Assembly (NCBI GenBank): GCA_964036045.1
Contig: OZ038378.1
Span: 182,466,001-182,530,000, forward strand
DNA length: 64,000 nucleotides
Source: Eutreptiella sp. 'Long Island Sound 2002'
Taxonomy: Eukaryota > Protista > Euglenida
Direction: 5' to 3'
Positions within the stretch are counted from its first letter, which is position 1. The number at the start of each line of letters is the position of its first letter. Below the pieces are notes generated by a model, which was not told the origin of the DNA, did no database searches, and was given only the letters and a program-made list of their open reading frames with translations. Shown here piece after piece: positions 59,925 through 64,000 of the stretch. The position numbers and the translations under genes were made by a program.

Positions 59925-62450
59925 GGGTACCAGACGCCTTTCGGCCTCCGAGGGGGCTACCTGGTCGGGCCAGGTAATGTGCGTCCACCCCGGCCTAGTG
60001 GGGGGCCCTTCGAAACACGCCTCCTGCGTGGTGGCGGGTCCTCCGCGTTCACTGGGCTCGGAGCCCTATCCCTCCCCGGCTTCCCCTTCTCGCCACTCCC
60101 CGGTCAACGTGCCTCTAGCAATTTAATGTCAGGCGCTTACCCACTGCGTCGCCCCCCTAATGCGTGGTCGCCCAGGGTGCCGGCGCTGCCGGGCCCGTGC
60201 TACTGGCTTGTCGCCAGTGGGACCCCCGGGGCTGGCGCGGAGGCTGCCTAGCCGCGGGGCTGGTGCGTGGTGCTGTGCCCCACTACTGCGTTGGCGGGCC
60301 AGTGCCCTGCTTGTGTGTGTGCGGCGCTCGCGGCAGATCGGGGGCGGGGCCGGCGCCTCCTGTCTCCCCCCCCCCCCCCGTTGTTGTCTTCTGTCCTTCG
60401 TGGCCCTTGCGGTGTGTGTGGCGGTTTGTTCCGTGCGGGTGTCCCGTGCCCTCGCCTGCTCGTATGCCAGTGCATGTGGTCCGCGCGTTCGGCGGTCTCG
60501 GTCCGGTAGTCCTTTGGGTACATGCTGCGTGGCTTTTGTGTGTTTGTGCGCTCTCGCCCCTGTTCTTTTACGTGCGCACCTCGCGAGGTCCCTTCGCAAG
60601 GCGCTGGTAGGGCTGTTCTATGTGGTTTGCGCCCCGCAGCGTTTCCTGCTTGGGTCCCCTGCTCTGCTCTTCCTATCAGGGGGGGGGGGGGGCGGTCCGG
60701 CCCCTGTGCCTCCCTCTTTGCTTCTTTTCGGCGTCCGCCGTTCGTGTTCTGCGGGCGGCCGTTTGGCCCGGGTGGGGGGCGGGGCGGTCTCTCTGTGCCA
60801 GCCCCCCGTTAGGGAGTGCGCCCCTTCGGCGGGGGGGGGGGGGGGTTGTTGCCCAGGGGCGGAAGGCGGTCAGGGGGGGGGAGGTCTTCGTTGCCCCCGC
60901 GCGACTGGGCCGTGCGCTGGCGTCTCCGCCGTGGTTCGCGCTTTTGTTTTTGCCCCGTTGCCTCCCGGCGGGTATGCGGTGGCGGGGGATGGGCGGGGGC
61001 GTGGGGGGGGTCCCAGGGTCCTACCTTAGCGGGTCCCGCGGCGCGATGTCCAAGGGCAGGAGGGGGGGGGCTGTTGCCCATCTTGGTCCGGTTGCGGTGG
61101 GGGTTGCGGGGGGGAGAGGGGGCTCATTCGCGCCGGTTTTGGGCCTGCCAGCCGGGGGGGGGGGGGGCACACGCGGATGCGTAGAGTACTTGCCGGTGGG
61201 GTCGTGGGGCACACTGCCCGGCCCCATGCGTCCTGTGGGAATGGTGGGGGGCTAGCCGGGCTGGGTGAAGCTATGCGCTCCGGACCCCAAGGGGCCGGCT
61301 CGGTCGTACCTCTGCCCTCCCTGCACGGGCACAAATCGGGCGAGTCACGGCTGCTGCGCGGCTCATTCTTGTGCTACGGCGGCTGATGCAAGGGCCCATC
61401 GAGGGCCATTGGCCCGTCCGCCGTGGCGTGCCTCCGTATTGTTCCTCTGGCGCTCTGTGCGTGTGGTTGGGGCAGCGCCTGGGTGTCACCTCGCGGGGAC
61501 GCTGTGAGGAGCAGGGCCACGTGGAGCCAATATATATTTGGCAGGTATACATTACATAGGCAGGGGCAGCCTTAGGGCGCCGTCCCTGGGGGGGTATAGC
61601 CGCGGCCTGTTGGGGATAGGGTGTCTATATGGCCAGGGGCTCCCGCGGGGCCGGGACGCGGTTAGCGGTGGCGCGCTGAAGGCACGCCGGCGCGGTCGCC
61701 CCAACTCTGGGCCGCGGGACCCGGGGCCGTGGCAGGTCGTGGTGGGAGCCGGGTTGGTGGGTAGCACAAGGGCGGTGTTCTATCGCAAGGGGTCAGGGGG
61801 TCACCAGGCCAGGAGAGGGGGGGTCTGGTGGCGCGCCCTCCTCGTCCGCGACTAGCCGGCGGTGGGGTTCAACGGCGGGTCATTGGGGTGTTAGCGGAAG
61901 GCCAGCGGGGTTGGCGTGCTTGTCACCCTGAATTCAACTCCACCGTGTGCAACACACATCTCTGCACGCCAGCTCCGCCTGCCGGGTACCTGCCGGCGTG
62001 TCCCCCTGGTGGGCCTCCACTGGACCGTGGCCCAGCGCCCCCCCTCCCCGACTCCATGGAGCTGAGGGCGGCCAGGTGCCGCGACGGTGCGCCCGCGGCC
62101 GCGATGGGGCGCTCTAGCCGGAGGTGCGACACGTTGGCGTCATGATGAAGGACCCCTTTTTTGGAAGGCGTGAACCCCTTTTTAGGGGAGGTGGACGGTG
62201 ACGTAACCGGCAGCATCCGCCGACACGGCGACGTCCACCGTCCCGCACGTCTGCGTTGTCCAGCCCACTGCTTGGTGTGCCATGCATGTGACAAAGACCG
62301 GAGGGTGCATGGGTTGGCTGGGCTGAGGTGCTGTCGCGTGAGTGCCCTTCGCAGTAGTGTCGCGGCGCGCCGGTTCGTAATGGGCAGTGTTGTCCGTGCC
62401 TTGCTCTATCGTGCCTCTATGCAGTGTAATGGGCACAGGCCATATTGACT
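59925..62450. mobile_element. GC-rich, G-tract-rich probable repetitive element without a credible ORF
   Basis: Abrupt rise in GC/CpG content with many poly-G runs. Only low-complexity ORFs on both strands. Boundaries and repetitiveness are inferred, not shown within the window. Confidence 0.4.
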
Positions 62451-63783
62451 GAAAGAATATCAGTTCTCTGGAGAATGAAATACACAACGATATTCATAAC
62501 CAAAAACAAATTATTAAGAAATCTGTTTGCTACACATAGCCTTTGCGCTGTCTCTCGCCCTATCTATATGACAGCCCATTTGTGAACACGCGATCAAAGT
62601 GTAGTTATCGCGACTGAATCATTTTCAGCACCTCTGTGCCACAACTCATTGCAGCAAAGAGCCTTCGCTGTAACTACTGAATACTATTGTAGCATACATA
62701 AGGACGGCCTTGGCGTCCCCCAAGGTACTCCCTCACCCGAAGATAGTCCCTCAACACTAGTCGTCAGAAGCTATCAAGGTACGTACTACGGCTTTCTTTA
62801 CTCTTTCTGCAGTTAAACTAGTTATTCTGATTTCTACATAGTAGATGTAACACTATTAGCACCATGCCGGAAGAGTATTTGGTCCGTCAGCCTGCATCAA
62901 AGATTCGAGAGCACGCAGACACCACCGGGAACACCAGCAGGGCGCGCGTGCACACAATGAGCCTCCCCTAAACTAGAAGTGTCCCATACTCCATCCTGTC
63001 GAGTATAGAATGTATAAATTCTCATTTCTGCTGAAATTATACCCGAAATCGCTGAAATCGCTGAAATTGCTGAGATAGTTGAAATATTAGACAGAGTGCA
63101 AATGAAATGCAAACAGGCTTCCTCTTTGCCAAACTCAATTACTTCATCTCTTTCCTAAGATGAACTCCGGAAAGTCACCTATGAGTAGTCAATAGACAAA
63201 CGGTATGGCCGTGTGATGAGCGCATCTGCTACAGTGCTACTGCACCTTGGTAAGTATGTCACAGAATACGGTGTCAAGATACTTATGCTATTCGCCCAAT
63301 TCTCTCTGCCGATCCATAGGCGGGGCGGCAAATTCCGTGTTGCAACTCTCAAGACCGCTTTGGTCAGCCAACACTTTTGCAAGTTTTACAAATATCCTTC
63401 TTTCATGTTGTCGCCAGCCACAGATGTTTGCATCACGCTTTTGCTCTTTAGAACTCTGATTTTTTTTGTTTTGCTCTCAAATTTTCTTAAGCAAAAGCAA
63501 AGTGTTATAGTACTAATGATCATCGGAACAGGTCTATGCAAAGTGAGAATGAAGTGATTATAAAAATCAGACCCATAGCTTTCAAGTGGCATGATTTGTT
63601 TACGCGCGCGGCATCACAAACGCACGCTCTGCCCTCAGCTCTAAGCACGACTTTGGCGTGTCCCGAAAAAAGTAGTAAACAACAATGGTGCCATAAAGGG
63701 TGGTTTGCAACATGAAAAAGCCAAACCCGCTTTACTTGGGTGAAAAAATAGGCACCAAAAGTCGCTTTCCGTGACACGTGGAA

Positions 63784-63995
63784 GGGATTCTGGGGATACC
63801 GGCAGGGGTTCCGTGGACTTTGTAAGGGGTTGTGCGGACACTACAAAGGGCTTTAGTGACTCTAGAAAGGGCTCCAAAGAAGCTAAAAGAGGATCTGGAG
63901 ATGCCAGAGGGGGTTCCATGAACTCCAAAATTGTTCGGGCGAATCGAGAAGGGGTTGTGGAGATGCCAAGTTGGGTTCCGGTGTTCCGTGGACCC
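63784..63995. repeat. Degenerate 21-bp tandem repeat (GGGGTTCC.TGGACT.....AA-like)
   Basis: Units at 21-bp spacing from 63784. The minus-strand ORF reads as heptads EPPLASP/DPLLASL/EPFLESL/KPFVVSA/QPLTKST/EPLPVSP. Confidence 0.8.
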
Positions 63996-64000
63996 CAAAA

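Noticed and set aside
60129-61507. Many overlapping ORFs of 80-290 aa
   Set aside because: Low-complexity Gly/Ala/Arg/Pro products typical of stop-poor GC-rich repeat DNA.
63180-63500. Possible Helitron Rep remnant (DILTKVQ*HCSRCAH)
   Set aside because: Only a few residues resemble the motif, there are in-frame stops, and no helicase segment was seen.

Overview
This is a repeat-rich, gene-poor window of eukaryotic nuclear DNA with many long G/C homopolymers. Conventional GT-AG introns and TTAGGG-like interstitial repeats support a eukaryote. A euglenid-type genome is my unverified guess. Supported genes are a multi-exon START-domain protein (minus, ~4.9-6.7 kb), a two-exon GT61 glycosyltransferase (minus, 30.7-35.9 kb), an intronless APH/choline-kinase-like phosphotransferase (45.4-46.5 kb), a PC-esterase/NXPE-like SGNH protein (51.1-52.7 kb) and a PAF-AH-like SGNH hydrolase (56.8-58.0 kb). 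There is also an orphan ubiquitin-like terminal exon at ~20.9 kb. The rest is mostly decayed LINEs (RT and RNase H fragments), MITEs with TIR/TSD, and satellites. The most unusual observations are: (1) a 350-bp tRNA-Val-derived retroposon that is circularly permuted and terminally redundant, with an imperfect TSD; (2) a ~2.9-kb (TAAT)n array carrying two related 16-mers that mostly alternate and switch orientation repeatedly; (3) a 21-bp double-palindrome minisatellite; (4) a strongly base-paired RNA-like element at 32.24-32.37 kb; (5) a transposase-like ORF with a possible Transib/RAG1-like core. All calls were made by eye, without database searches.
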